Shown here: positions 1 through 12,441 of the stretch, piece after piece
How positions within the stretch are numbered: position 1 is the first letter of the stretch
Layout: every line of letters starts with the position of its first letter
Source: Eledone cirrhosa
Lineage: Eukaryota
NCBI GenBank assembly: GCA_964016885.1
Contig: OZ024740.1
Coordinates: 166,780,001 to 166,844,000 of the forward strand
Length of the DNA stretch: 64,000 bases
Reading direction: 5' to 3'
Position numbers and translations under genes: made by a program
Notes under the pieces: generated by a model
What the model saw: the letters and a program-made list of their open reading frames with translations, nothing else
What the model was told of the DNA's origin: nothing
Databases searched by the model: none

Positions 1-6
1 GTCAGT

Positions 7-125
7 ACCCCGACGGCTGAGCTCTAATTGTCGAAACGGCCGGAGCTCAGCCGTCGGGGTCCTGATTCTTTTCGTAATACCCACTCTACTACCCTAAGTA
101 TCGAGTATTCTGGTGCGTTATGGAA
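7..125. repeat. Interspersed repeat with 18-bp perfect hairpin; inverted copy at about 1987-2090
   Basis: ACCCCGACGGCTGAGCTC...GAGCTCAGCCGTCGGGGT (7-60). 30-125 is the reverse complement of about 1987-2085. A fragment also occurs at about 29878-29895. Confidence 0.7.
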
Positions 126-160
126 CCCCTTGTTCCTTACCACACTTCATGAGAGAGAGA

Positions 161-229
<69 letters not shown>

Positions 230-1129
230 CATAGTTCCATTATTTATTTCATGAAATAATAAATATACCTAGCACAGAAGGTGTGCAATACCATATTGCA
301 ATGTGTTGCTGTAACAATATTTCTGAAAAGGGAATCTTATTTTATGATGGTGTCTTTCAGATAGAATCAACTGGAGCTGAATTTACAAAAATTCACATTA
401 TTGTTTAATTCCTAACATGGAAACATAAAAATCACTTTCGAAATATTTTTCAGATCATGCTGAATTATTTGCCGAGTATATAGTAAATTGACAAATCACT
501 GAACAGAATCAAATTATGAAACATTCTCGTATTTATGGATATATTATGGTAGAAGGTTATATTATAATGTATATTAACTGTAATAAAAATAAAAGATCGT
601 AAACATAGGATCAATTAATTTTTTTCAAACATACATTTTCAGCGGAGTTAGTTTATCCTATCAAACAAATAATTTTATATTTGGGGAAAATTAATCCATG
701 GAAGATTTTTGAAACGGGATACGCATCGAAGTATTATTGAAATACAACATGCATCGCACAATATGGCATTCGTTTGTTAGCATGTTCTTCCTTGAAATAC
801 TCCAAATATATATACAGTCCCCTCCTTCCTCTGACACCCGCCTATATTTGTTGGTAGAATTTGTAGAAAACCAATTTCATTGCACTGAGTTATGTTCTTT
901 AATTCCTGTGTTCAATTCTAGACGAGATAAACTTTACGAAGGTTGCTAAAGTCAGTACCACTCAAGTATTGGGTTAGATATAATCGGTCGATTTATCATT
1001 AAGCTATGTCAGAAAATGTCATTTTAATGAATTCATTGAAATGTTCCCGAATACAGTTTATTAAATATATTACAATAACTTCCAGCATGTAATAACCTAA
1101 TTGAGAATCACTGTAATATTAAGCATCAT

Positions 1130-1201
1130 TCCCATGTGGTCTAGTAGTTAGGATTCCTGGCTTTCACCAAGGCGGCCCGGGTTCGATTGCCGGCATGGGA
1201 A
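1130..1201 (+). tRNA. tRNA-Glu (anticodon TTC), possibly pseudogene
   Basis: TCCCATGTGGTCTAGTAGTTAGGATTCCTGGCTTTCACCAAGGCGGCCCGGGTTCGATTGCCGGCATGGGAA. 72 nt; acceptor stem TCCCATG/CATGGGA; anticodon loop CT-TTC-AC; T-loop TTCGATT; TTTT terminator a few nt downstream. Mismatches in the anticodon stem (CCTGG/CAAGG) and T stem (CCGGG/GCCGG); D-loop GG changed to AG. Confidence 0.85.
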
Positions 1202-1216
1202 CTTTATATTTTAATA

Positions 1217-1406
1217 GGGCGGTGGATTGGCAGTATCGGTAGAGGGTTGGACGTTATTTTTTCTAGCATAGTTACGTCCCTTTACGCTCTCAGTTCAAAT
1301 CCCTTCGAGGTTAACTTTGCCTTTCATCCTTACGGGTTCGATAATATAAAGTACCAGTAATGTACTGGGTAATTACTGGCCTTGTGCCAAAGGTAGAAAC
1401 AATTAT
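1217..1406 (+). mobile_element. tRNA-derived SINE, family A
   Basis: A-box-like TGGCAGTATCGG, B-box-like GTTCAAATCC, core CTTTGCCTTTCATCCTTACGGG.TCGATAA..TAAAGTACCAG, tail GTAGAAACAATTAT. About 11 copies in the window. Confidence 0.9.
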
Positions 1407-1914
1407 AATTTGTTTTAATGTAATGTATGTAATATACAAAGTCTTTTTTAAAGGAAATGCAAAATAAATATATTTGCTTCTTTCAGCCAATAACATTACA
1501 TTTATTATATACATTTTACATACAATCTCAATTTTAAAATCAATTTTAATTTTAAAATCATTAGAAAAATAAGACCTGGAACCTCGGTACGTCGTAAAAA
1601 TATTTCATTATAGCTCATGAGTAGTTCATTTGAAATGAATAATGAAAAGAAAGAAAATTCTTACAAATATGTATTTTAATATTTTGCCCGACAGAGAAAC
1701 CTAAGTAAGCATCAGTCCATATTGAAATATAGTAATTTAAATTATATTCTAAGTATACAGCAACTGTACAAATGTGACTTAAAAGAAATGATAAGTGAAA
1801 AAAAAATGAAACAAGACGTTGCGTTATAAAAAATAAAGAAATATATATATATTCATGTAATAACATGCTTCTTAATCCCTAAACACACATATATTTATAT
1901 ACATGCATACATGC

Positions 1915-1982
<68 letters not shown>

Positions 1983-2142
1983 CGAAGGACCATAGCGCAC
2001 CAGAGTACTCAATACTTAGGGTAGTAGAGTGGGTTATAGGAGAAAGTATGACCCCGACAGCAGAGCTCAAGCCGTTTCGACGGCTATTTCTGGACTTCTA
2101 TATATATATATATATATATCCGTCTATCTATCTACCTATCTA

Positions 2143-2204
<62 letters not shown>

Positions 2205-2529
2205 TAAAGTTAGGTCTTCATCAGTGATCTTCCAACCATCATTGGTATTTCATCGCTTTAAAGACCATATACCTCCGGTTAGTGCGAGCAACGGCTAAAG
2301 AAAGTCGTTGGGACACGTAAATAAGGGGAACGAGCGAGAATGTAAACAAACAAAGATGGTAAAGCAACGAAAAGTGAGGAAGAAAGAGTCAAGTCCCAGA
2401 TTTCCATGAATATAAGTTCGGTGAAATCGTGAACGGGAGAGAATAAAGACCATCAAACCTAGTCGAAATGTGAGCAAGGAAGGAATTATATATATATATA
2501 TAGTAATAATAATGTTATTTTAATAATTA

Positions 2530-2576
<47 letters not shown>

Positions 2577-2710
2577 TATATGTGTGTGTGTGTGTTTATC
2601 TACTTTTATATTTATTATTCTTTTTCTCCTTTCCCTCTTCTTCCTCCAGCCTCACTTTCATATATATATTTTTGTTTTCAAATCCACTGTCAATGAATAC
2701 ACCAGGATTT

Positions 2711-2770
2711 TTTCATTCTGATGACTGAAAGCAAATGTGTTTGCTTTCTAGAAACCAGTGGTAAATGAAA
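2711..2770 (+). ncRNA. Type I hammerhead ribozyme motif
   Basis: Stem I TTTCATT/AATGAAA, core CTGATGA, stem II GAAAGCAAA-tgtg-TTTGCTTTC (basal two pairs non-canonical), GAAA, stem III CC-agt-GG, GUA cleavage triplet. Confidence 0.75.
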
Positions 2771-2817
2771 TAATTAACTTATGTTGTTTATTAGATAACT
2801 ATATATATATAAATATT

Positions 2818-2892
<75 letters not shown>

Positions 2893-2957
2893 GTATAAAT
2901 ATAAATATATATATGTGTATGTATATATATATGTATAAATATAAATATATATATGTG

Positions 2958-3008
<51 letters not shown>

Positions 3009-4671
3009 GTATATATATATATATAAATACTTATATATAAATAGTCTAACCCATGCTAGCGTGGAAAATGGCCGTTAAACGAAGATGATGATGATGATGA
3101 AATACTTCTATATATATAAATACTTATACATTTACACAACATTTACGTACATACATAATTACATACATACTAGCAGACAAAATAAGTTTAATTCCCCAAC
3201 TGAGACGGCGTTTAACGTTACGTTATGAGTTTGTTAATAATAGACCAGTAAATAAAACAATGAAGACGGATGCTAACAACAGCATTCCAAGAAAACTTAT
3301 TAGTTGATAATTGCTAGAACACTCTTGGTTTGTTGTAATTTAAATGTGATGTAAACGTTCAAAGAGATCATGAATGAAACAGAATGCTGCAGTAATTTTC
3401 TTAAATATTTGTTTATTAATGACTGTTACGTTAATGCTTTCCTGTTCAGAATCTATAAGAATGTATAAGAAGGATCCCTCTAGGAAGTTGAGACGAATCT
3501 AATAACACAAGAACATTCTTCATTTTATGTGCCAAAAGTGTGTGTCGAATTATATTTTTCGTCACTGTTAATCGTAAAATTATCTTCAATTTTAATGGTT
3601 TGTTTATGGAGAAAACAATTTGAATTTCTAAACATGTTTTCATAAATATACATGTAAATATCGAGAACAAAAAAAAATGAATGCTTAATATTAAATAAAA
3701 AAATGGCCTTACATTCTTTTATAGGTGTGTCCTGTCTTACTCAACAAGCCATACTGCCGAGAAAACCTAAGGCTGGAACCGTTATGACAAAGCCTTTCCA
3801 TTTGATTAAGTTTCTATGTAGTTCTATTCATAGACAAATAAATGTTTGCATGCGACATATCTATTCTACATACACAAGTAGTCAATCGTAAATATTCAGA
3901 AATATGCAATGTACAATATACAAATATAAACATATATACACAAACTTCTCTACGTATTTCTTAAAGTGAGCTGAGGAGATGCATACGCAATGATGAAGAT
4001 GATGATGATAACGAACCGACAGTGATGATGATAGTTATAATGGTGGTTATGAATATGATGATGATACTAAGTGCAGAGGAGAGGAGTTGAGAGACGGAAA
4101 TAAAAAAAAGGATGCATTTCATAGTAACCGTGCATATAATGATGATGATAATGTTATTACTGTTATTGTCGTTTCTTATTGTAATGATATTTTTGAAGAT
4201 CATGATCGTGATCGTGATCATGACGATGACGATAGTGAAGACGCTGAAGAAAACATGTCTTCCGTTGTCTAAGTCATGACTAATGGCGACTGTGATGTGT
4301 TTCTTGCATGGAACGTTGACAACCAGATATATGAAGAAACATGAAAAACGAAAAAATCACAAAACAAAATGAAGACTAAATGAAAGCAAAAATACACAAC
4401 AAATTCATAATAATCACAAAACAATATATAAAATAGCCGTAAGTTTGAGCAAGAGAACACTAACCATGAATGACAAGTTCACCGGATTCCTTGCTCTTTT
4501 TAGGAGTATTTGTGTTAAGAAACTCTGACATGCCAAAATTCCTTGACCCGTCTTGCGAATTGGTAACTAAATGCTGACACGAAACGAATGCCAGAAAAGT
4601 TAAAAACAGAAATAATGGAAAACGTTATTCGCTTCACTAAATCTTTTATGATAATTTGTCACTCCTCTCAC

Positions 4672-4779
<108 letters not shown>

Positions 4780-6322
4780 AGACAGACACACACACATGCG
4801 CAAACAGACACACACGCACATATGTATACACGTGTAAATATATTTATTTTTACACATGTATATAATGTTTATACTTGTTAAATAATTTTCCATTGTGAAG
4901 AAGATCGGTGTTCGTATTTCAATGTGTTCCTGCTTTTGTGACATGTTCTTCATATACACACGTTATTGCACATCTGTCCAATTGAGATACTTTTTACATT
5001 TTGCTTTTAGACTATACAACAAAATATCAAATGTGATATCCATGAATATATGCAATTTCTATGAACCTTTCATAATTGTTATTATGACAATTTATAATAA
5101 TAATTACATTATTATGAAACTTATTTCATTATTTGCAAAATCATCTGACATTATGTGTAAAGGTCGAGTTGATATCGACTCTGTAAGTCACTTTTACATG
5201 GAACATAAAACAGTACCAATCAAATAATTTTAATTAGCTATACCAAACATTTATATCTCTGGCGTTGCACCTGTGTTAGATATTTGATTGTTTCATTAGA
5301 ACATCGAACAAAATACATTGTAATGTTTCCTTAAGGACCATTACGCACGGAATCCGAATACCTCTGAGATCAACCTTGTAATTCCTTCTAACTTGGTTGT
5401 TAAAATAATGTGGTCCCTCCCAGTTGTTCTCCTCCAATTTACAGGTGTATAAACAAGGCAGCCCATTCACCCGGACCATGATCGCTACTCGCACCCTGAT
5501 TTTCCTCTTCAATTGAAACCCGAATAAGTTAATCATAGCTTTACCGAAGAGGAAAGTGCTGGTCGCCAATCATTTCAAACTGGTCTATCATTCGACTTCC
5601 TTCACCATTGCCACAGGGAGACAGAAACTGCTTGTCCCCCCCCTCTAAAAAAAAGACAGCCGAATGAGCTTCACAAGGAATTCGGCGGAATGTCGGCTCC
5701 GTCAAACGTGTGACTGCAGGAGTTCGACATATAACATTAATCATTATATAAATGTGTAAAATATACACTAATATATAAGTTCCTAGACATAAAATTGCTA
5801 ATATTAAAACTAATTGAAATTATTGAAATCAGATATGGAATGTTACAATTATATACAATTCTATTCTACGTCAAATAGTGAATTGAAAAAATGAATTGTG
5901 TGGGGGTAGACAATTACATAATGAACAATAATATATACATATCAGAGCAAAGCTGCCAACTGATTGGTTAGTGAATTATATTTGAGAAGTTATACGTTAA
6001 TTAAAATTATTACCCCGAGAACTTTTCGTAGTGTAAATGTAAATATTCGAAGAGAAAAGATACGTTTAAATCAATTTTACACAAGTTTAGTCGTGGCTTC
6101 CTTTCTTTCATGAATTTAATTAAAATGATATAGAAATATCAAAATAAGTTAATAAACATTAACAAAATTATGAATAAGTTCAGGGTACATAAAACATACA
6201 AACACACACAGAATCTCTCTTTCTACTCTAGCTGTATTTTTTTTTCTTTCAGCCCCCACCTCTCTCTGTATATATATATATGGGGGGGGGGGGGGGGGCG
6301 TGTGTGTGTATGTCTGTGTGTC

Positions 6323-8123
6323 AGAGTTAAGAATAACGTAAATTAAATACAGAGGTAATTGAAATTAAATATATACATACACGCATCCAAATACGTACAT
6401 ACACAAGCATACGCGAAAACACTCGCCATGGGTATGCAAATACAAGCACGTACACAAAGTCACGCACCAACATACAGAATCCACGCAACGCCTGTACCCG
6501 CACACCCTTACACCAGATACACATGAACAAATATATGTATATAAAATACATATATATATGTGTGTGTGTGTGTGTATACATAATTAAATAAACGTAGATA
6601 AATATACACACGTAAATAGGTATATAACGCGCGCACACACATACCTACATGTAAATACACATAAGTTCGCAGACGTACGTCAACCAAAACACACAGTATA
6701 CATATACACCCACCCACATACGTACGAACCCGCATGCTCACACATACGCAAAACTCACGTATACACCTAACCAAATGCACATGTACCAGTATATATATTA
6801 TATAGGCCATAACATATACAAGCAAACATACTTACGAGAAAGTAGACGTACCTTCAAAAAACATACAGGTAAAATATACTTACCTCTACAAATAAGTAAT
6901 GGTATAAACATAAGCTCCAAAGAAACGTTTCTTACCAGGTTCTTGGTTATGGTGGCAGGATGGTTAGAATGCCTACTTATGTAATTAAGAGTATTATTCG
7001 CCTTTCTATACGGGTATGCAAGCCATTCGACAAATTGAGGGTAACGTCAAGGTAATTAACGACCGAGAAGTTGGCCTCAACCTGTATGGAGGGGTTGAAG
7101 CCTTTATAGCAGGCTGTGTGTTCTTTTCGAACATGTCTCAAGCACGTGGGCCGCACGTTGTCATGGTCAAATGACCGTCATCACGGTACAAACCTCCGCC
7201 CACTTTGTGGAATTCTTCCTTGATAGAGAAACAAAGGAAAAGTCCGATAAGATCAGTAACCTCTGCATAATCGCTGGCGCCCATACTCACGTCGAATGGG
7301 GTACTATTAGATGTTTTAATCCACACAGAGTCGTCGAAATTAATCACCGATTTGCGGGCATTGAGGACGACATCATCTTCGAAATCCTTAACCATTGTGT
7401 GTGTTTTATCGAAATGGATAGCTCTAAGAAGAAGTGGTAAAGTGATAGAGGAGTAGGAATTATTGATGTCGAATTGGATAAAACGGCAATGTTCCTTATT
7501 GCATATGCCGTTAAACCAATCAATCACCGCGAAAGAATTGTCCCACAGTGCAAGAGGGGCCAAACATCTAATTTCAGGTATAATTCTATCTAAAATCATT
7601 TTCCTAAGTCTACCTAAATCGGACTTCATAGGGTTAATAAGCCGAATAGAGGGGTTGTTCGGAAAATGGGATTTGTGATCCATCAGGGTAAAGTGGGGAG
7701 AAACAAGGTCCAGAGGTTCAGTTCCGTCCAGGATGTTGAGATCAGAGGTGGTTTTAAACCCAGCATCGTTGATCTCATTAATGGCGCTCCGATTAGTTTT
7801 ACGGTAATCCTTAGTTACAGCATTATGTAGCAGTTGATGGTAAGTACTGCACTCCACTTGATATAGATTGCCAGTTTTGACGGAGTTGACATGCACGGCA
7901 TTAGAATCCTTAATAGAACACATTCTATTCTTCAGGTCCTGCTAGAAGGAATTGCTCCTGTTCCGAAATGTGATACTCCGTATGAGTCCCAATACATCAT
8001 TTTCGAAGGGTAGCAATGCTGGGTTACTCGGAGGCTTAATATAGGTTTTAAACCCAAATTTATCCTGTTTGTTGTCTACTTTTCCCTGATTATCGAAATA
8101 AAAGGCACGCCAACGCAACCTTT
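6323..8123 (-). mobile_element. Inverted, 5'-truncated and internally deleted Penelope-like element copy
   Basis: 6919-8123 is the reverse complement of about 9180-10345 (ORF 7138-7923: QFDINNSYSSI, MGASDYAEVTDLIG, YRDD). 6684-6915 matches about 11225-11470. 6323-6683 matches 8123-8497. Confidence 0.9.
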
Positions 8124-8514
8124 GACGTACGTCTGCTAACTTATGTGTATTTACTTGTAGGTATGTGTGTGCGCGCGTTATATACGTATTTACGTGTGTA
8201 TATTTATATACGTTTATTTAATTATGCATAGGACACACACACACATATATATATATTTTTTAAATATATATATATATATATATTGTATGCGTATTTGGTG
8301 TATACGTTCGTATGTGTGCGGCTACAGGCGTTTCATGGGTTCTGTATGTGGGGGCGTCTTCTTTTGTGTACGTGCTTGTATTTGCATACCCATGGCGAGT
8401 GTTTTCGCGTATACTTGTGTATGTACGTATTTAGATGCGTGTATGTATATATTTAATTTCAATTACCTCTGTATTTAATTAATTTCTTCTTAACTCTAAA
8501 TCATTCGGTTTCCT

Positions 8515-8790
8515 GAATAGAATTTTAGTCTACGACTTCAGTTATACCATTTACGTAGTTTTGTCTTTGCGTGTAATTGTTCTCACGGCTCCCCATAATG
8601 ACGTATAATCTTCGTTTTTTCGTTCATTGCCAGAGAACGTCTCCATTCAACCATCTAATAGAATATTAGTCTACGACTTCATTTATACCATAAACGTAGT
8701 TTTGTCTTTGCGTGTAATTGTTTTCACCTCACCAAATAATGACATATTATGTTCGTTTTTTTTCGTTCTTTGCCAGGGAACGTTTCCACG
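8515..8790 (+). repeat. Two-copy ~140-bp tandem duplication inside the 5' pseudo-LTR
   Basis: AATAGAAT.TTAGTCTACGACTTCA.TTATACCAT..ACGTAGTTTTGTCTTTGCGTGTAATTG begins at about 8516 and about 8657. Confidence 0.85.
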
Positions 8791-9077
8791 AATCAAAGTA
8801 TCGTCTTCCTGTCTTCCTTCGGTTGCAATTTTTTTTGAAATATTTACTACTGCGTTCACAGATTGACTTTTTTAGTTTCAGAAGATCCCTTAAGGGTGAA
8901 AGCAGCGATTCTTTGCTTAAACTTTAAACTGTTATTTTAATAAATATTTGCTCTACGGTTCTGATATATCTGAAATATATTTGTCCTTATCGAGCCCACT
9001 TTGGATTTTAGTCTTCACATTTATTATTATTACTATTTGGCTCCCTTGGTTGAGCACTCTATTGATTTATATTCATC

Positions 9078-11150
9078 ATGCAGAAACAACATCTGAATAT
9101 TTCTACAAAGAACATACCCGTACCAAGCAGGAAAACATACCTAAAACTCCTTATACAGAAAACAGACGCGTTCATTAAAAGGTTACGTTGGCGTGCCTTT
9201 TATTTCGATAACCAGGGAAAAGCAGACAACAAAGAGGATACATTTGGGTTTAAAACCTATCATAACTCTACGAGTAACACAGCATTGCTACCCTTCGAAA
9301 ATGATGTCTTGGAACTCATACGGAATATCAATTTTCGGAATAGGAGTAATTCCTTCCAGCAGGACCTGAAAAATAGAATTTGTTCTATTAAGGACTCTAA
9401 TGCAGTTCACGTCCACTCGGACAAAACTAGTAATCTATATCAAGTGGAACGCAGTACTTACCATCAACTGTTACATAATGCTGTAACTAAGGATTACCGT
9501 AACACTAATCGGAGCGTCATTAATGAAATCAACGATGCTGGGTTTAAAATCGCCTCTGATCTCAACATCCTTTAATGGACTGAACATCTGGACCCTGCTT
9601 CTCCCCACTTTACACTCAAGGATCACATATCCAATTTTCCGACTTATTAACCCTACGAAGTCCGATTTAGGTAGACTTAATAAGAGGATTTTATATAGAA
9701 TTATACCTGAAATAGAAGTTTGTCACCTCGTGCAATTTTGAACAATTATTTCGCGGTGATTGATTGGTTCAACGGCATATGTAACAAGGAACATTGCCGT
9801 TTTATCCAATTCGACATCAATAATTACTACTCCTCTATCACTTTACCACTTCTTCTTAGAGATATCAATTTCGCTAAAACACTCACAGTGGTTATGGATT
9901 TCGAAATTGATGTCACCCTCAATGCCCGTAAGCCGATGATTAATTTCGACGACTCTATTTGGATTAAAAAATCTAATAGTACCCCATTCGAGGTGAGTAT
10001 AGCCGCCAGCGATTCTGCAGAGGTTACTGATCTTATCGGCCTTTTCCTTCGTTTCTCTATCAAGGAAGAATTCGCCAACGTGGGCGGTGGTTTGCTGCGT
10101 GATGACGGTCTTTTGACCATGACAACGTGCGGCCCACGTGCTTGCGACAGGTTCAGAAAAGAACTGACAGCCTCCTTTAAAGGCTTCAACCTGTCCATAC
10201 AGGTTGAGGCCAACCTCTCGTTCGTTAATTACATCGACGTTACCCTCAATTTGTCGAATGGCTTGCATACTCGTATAGAAGCCGAATGATATGCTTAATT
10301 ACATAAGTAATCATTCTAACCATTCTGCCAGCATAACCAAGAACCTGGTAAGAAACGTTTCTTTGAGGCTTTCCCGTCTATCTACAAATGAGCATATTTT
10401 CAACGACCATTCCACATATTACAATGAAGCTCTTACTCGGAGTGGATTTGTCGATAAGAGTACGAGAATAGACCTAGGAAAAATAGATCCCGACGCATTA
10501 TATGGTATAACCCACCATATAATATGGAGGTGGCCACACCATTAGCTAAGATCTTTCTCTCCCTTATTATGAAGCATTTCCCCCCAGCACATAAATATAG
10601 TAACATATTTAATAGAAATACCATTAAAATTCCTTACTCTACGACTCCTAACCTTGCAAATAACATCACAGCTTCAAATTTAGCTAAATTACGTAGCAGT
10701 AGTAACACGGCAACCATGTAGCTAGTACTAACTTTAATTGTAGGAATCATGTTGACTGCCCCCTACCCGAGAAATGCCTCTCTAGTAACATTGTCTACAA
10801 ATGTAAGGTTGAAACACCCACGTCCCGTAGGGCCTACATAGGGTTAACCGCCAATAGATTCAAGCAGCGTCTTTACATGCATACCCATTCTTTCCTTAAC
10901 CCGTTAAGAAGGAAAATGACATCACTTTCAGCTTATATCTGGAGTCTAAAAGACAACCACACCCAATATAAGTTACACTGGGAGATCCTAGCTTAGGCTA
11001 GATCGTATAACGGAAATAAAAGACCATGTGACCTCTGCGTGGCTGAGGCCCTGGAAATGCCCTATGCCAAAAACCATTCTTACAAAAAAAAAATCTGAGG
11101 CAATTTAGGCTTGTAAACATAAATTGCACAAAACTTTCCTGTATTACAGC
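9078..11150 (+). pseudogene. Disrupted PLE polyprotein: reverse transcriptase + Cys-rich linker + GIY-YIG endonuclease
   Basis: N-terminus KNIPVPSRKTYLKLLIQKTDAFIKRLRWRAFYF; RT motifs FDINNYYSSI and LRDDGL; thumb YISNHSNH...RLSRLS. Manually translated C-terminus NCRNHVDCPLPEKCLSSNIVYKC..AYIGLTANRFKQRLYMHTHSF..TSLSAYIWSLKD..CDLCVAE. Several stops and frameshifts. Confidence 0.9.
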
Positions 11151-11811
11151 CCCACATTATACCCTAACGGATAGTACGAACTATACGCGGATATTTTACG
11201 TTTTGATGTTGTAGCTAAGTATCTGTTATGTTTATACCATTAGATATCTGTATAGGTAAATATATTTTACCTGTAGGTTTTGTTAAGCTATGTATACTTT
11301 CTCGAACGTATTTTTGCTTGTATATGTTATGGCGTATATATTATATATACTGGTACATGTGCATTTGGTTAGATGTATACGTGAGTTTTGCGTCTGTGTG
11401 AGCATGCGGGTTCGAAAGTATGTGGGTGTGTGTATAAGTGTACCTTGTGTTTTGCTTGAAGAACTTATGTGTATTTACATGTAGGTATAATTACATGTGC
11501 GTTATAATTATCTTCGTTTCTTTCCGTTGTTTGCCAGGGAACGTTTCCACGAACCAAAGTATCATCTTCCTGTCTTTCTTATGTTTCAATGTTTTTTTAA
11601 ATATTTACTTTTGCCTGCACAGATTGACTTTTTTAGCCACAGAAGATCCCGTTAAGGGTGAAAGCATTGATTTTTTGCTTAAATTTTAATCTGTTATTTT
11701 AATAAATATTTGCTTTACCGTTCTTATATATCTGATATATATTTGTCCTTATCGAGCCCCCTTTGGATTTTAGTCTTCAAATTTATTATTATTACTATAC
11801 ATATTTTCTTC

Positions 11812-11886
<75 letters not shown>

Positions 11887-12094
11887 ATATATATATACAA
11901 ATTTTAGTACAGCATTAACGAAGCTTTAGCTTGCGTCCAAGCTAACGAATGCAAATTCGGTATGTAGCTTTAGCACTCGAATGGGAATTGTACCCCAGAG
12001 TAATAACAATACGTTTAGTCAGCTTAGCAAATCAAATATAGCGATCGCAAGTCCAGCCGCATTACCACAGCAACGAAAATACAGGACTCATATA

Positions 12095-12143
<49 letters not shown>

Positions 12144-12171
12144 CTGTGTATGTGTGTGTAAGAAAATGAGT

Positions 12172-12369
12172 TTTTTTTTAAATAAAAAAACAGGTGTCCT
12201 ACGTCCTACACGAGTGAAAAAATAAGGAAAAGAAAGCGAAATAATGCAACTTGAATCTTTTTAATAATATTTATTTCTTGCATTTACCGGACTGCGAAAC
12301 CGGGTAAATGAAACAAATAACAAATAAGTATTCTTCAGAAGACTCAATTTGCATTTTCGATTACTTTTT

Positions 12370-12372
<3 letters not shown>
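12172..12372. mobile_element. Fold-back element, same family as about 30700-30975 and 61510-61800
   Basis: Shared GTCCTACACGAGTGAAA, TTTACCGG / CTGCGAAACCGG-TAAA and TTGCATTTTCGATT motifs; arms are inverted. Confidence 0.7.

Positions 12373-12441
<69 letters not shown>

Larger units (their letters stand above)
8123..11796 (+). mobile_element. Penelope-like retroelement (Naiad-type) with 5' and 3' pseudo-LTRs
   Basis: RT-GIY-YIG reading frame flanked by direct repeats (8750-9035 vs 11510-11796; 8135-8163 vs 11462-11487). Ends in TTATTATTATTACTAT. Confidence 0.9.

Noticed and set aside
3960-4272. Asp-rich 61-aa ORF
   Set aside because: Decayed (GAT)n microsatellite.
5276-5768. GC-richer segment with short ORFs
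   Set aside because: Probably an old retroelement fragment, but no motif strong enough to assign.
9078-11700. Selenocysteine recoding/SECIS, reported for some Naiad elements
   Set aside because: Stops seen are TAA/TAG or frameshift-derived TGA, not TGA at conserved Cys positions. The TTGAC..GATT segment near 8863-8910 does not form a SECIS helix and fits a hammerhead relic better.
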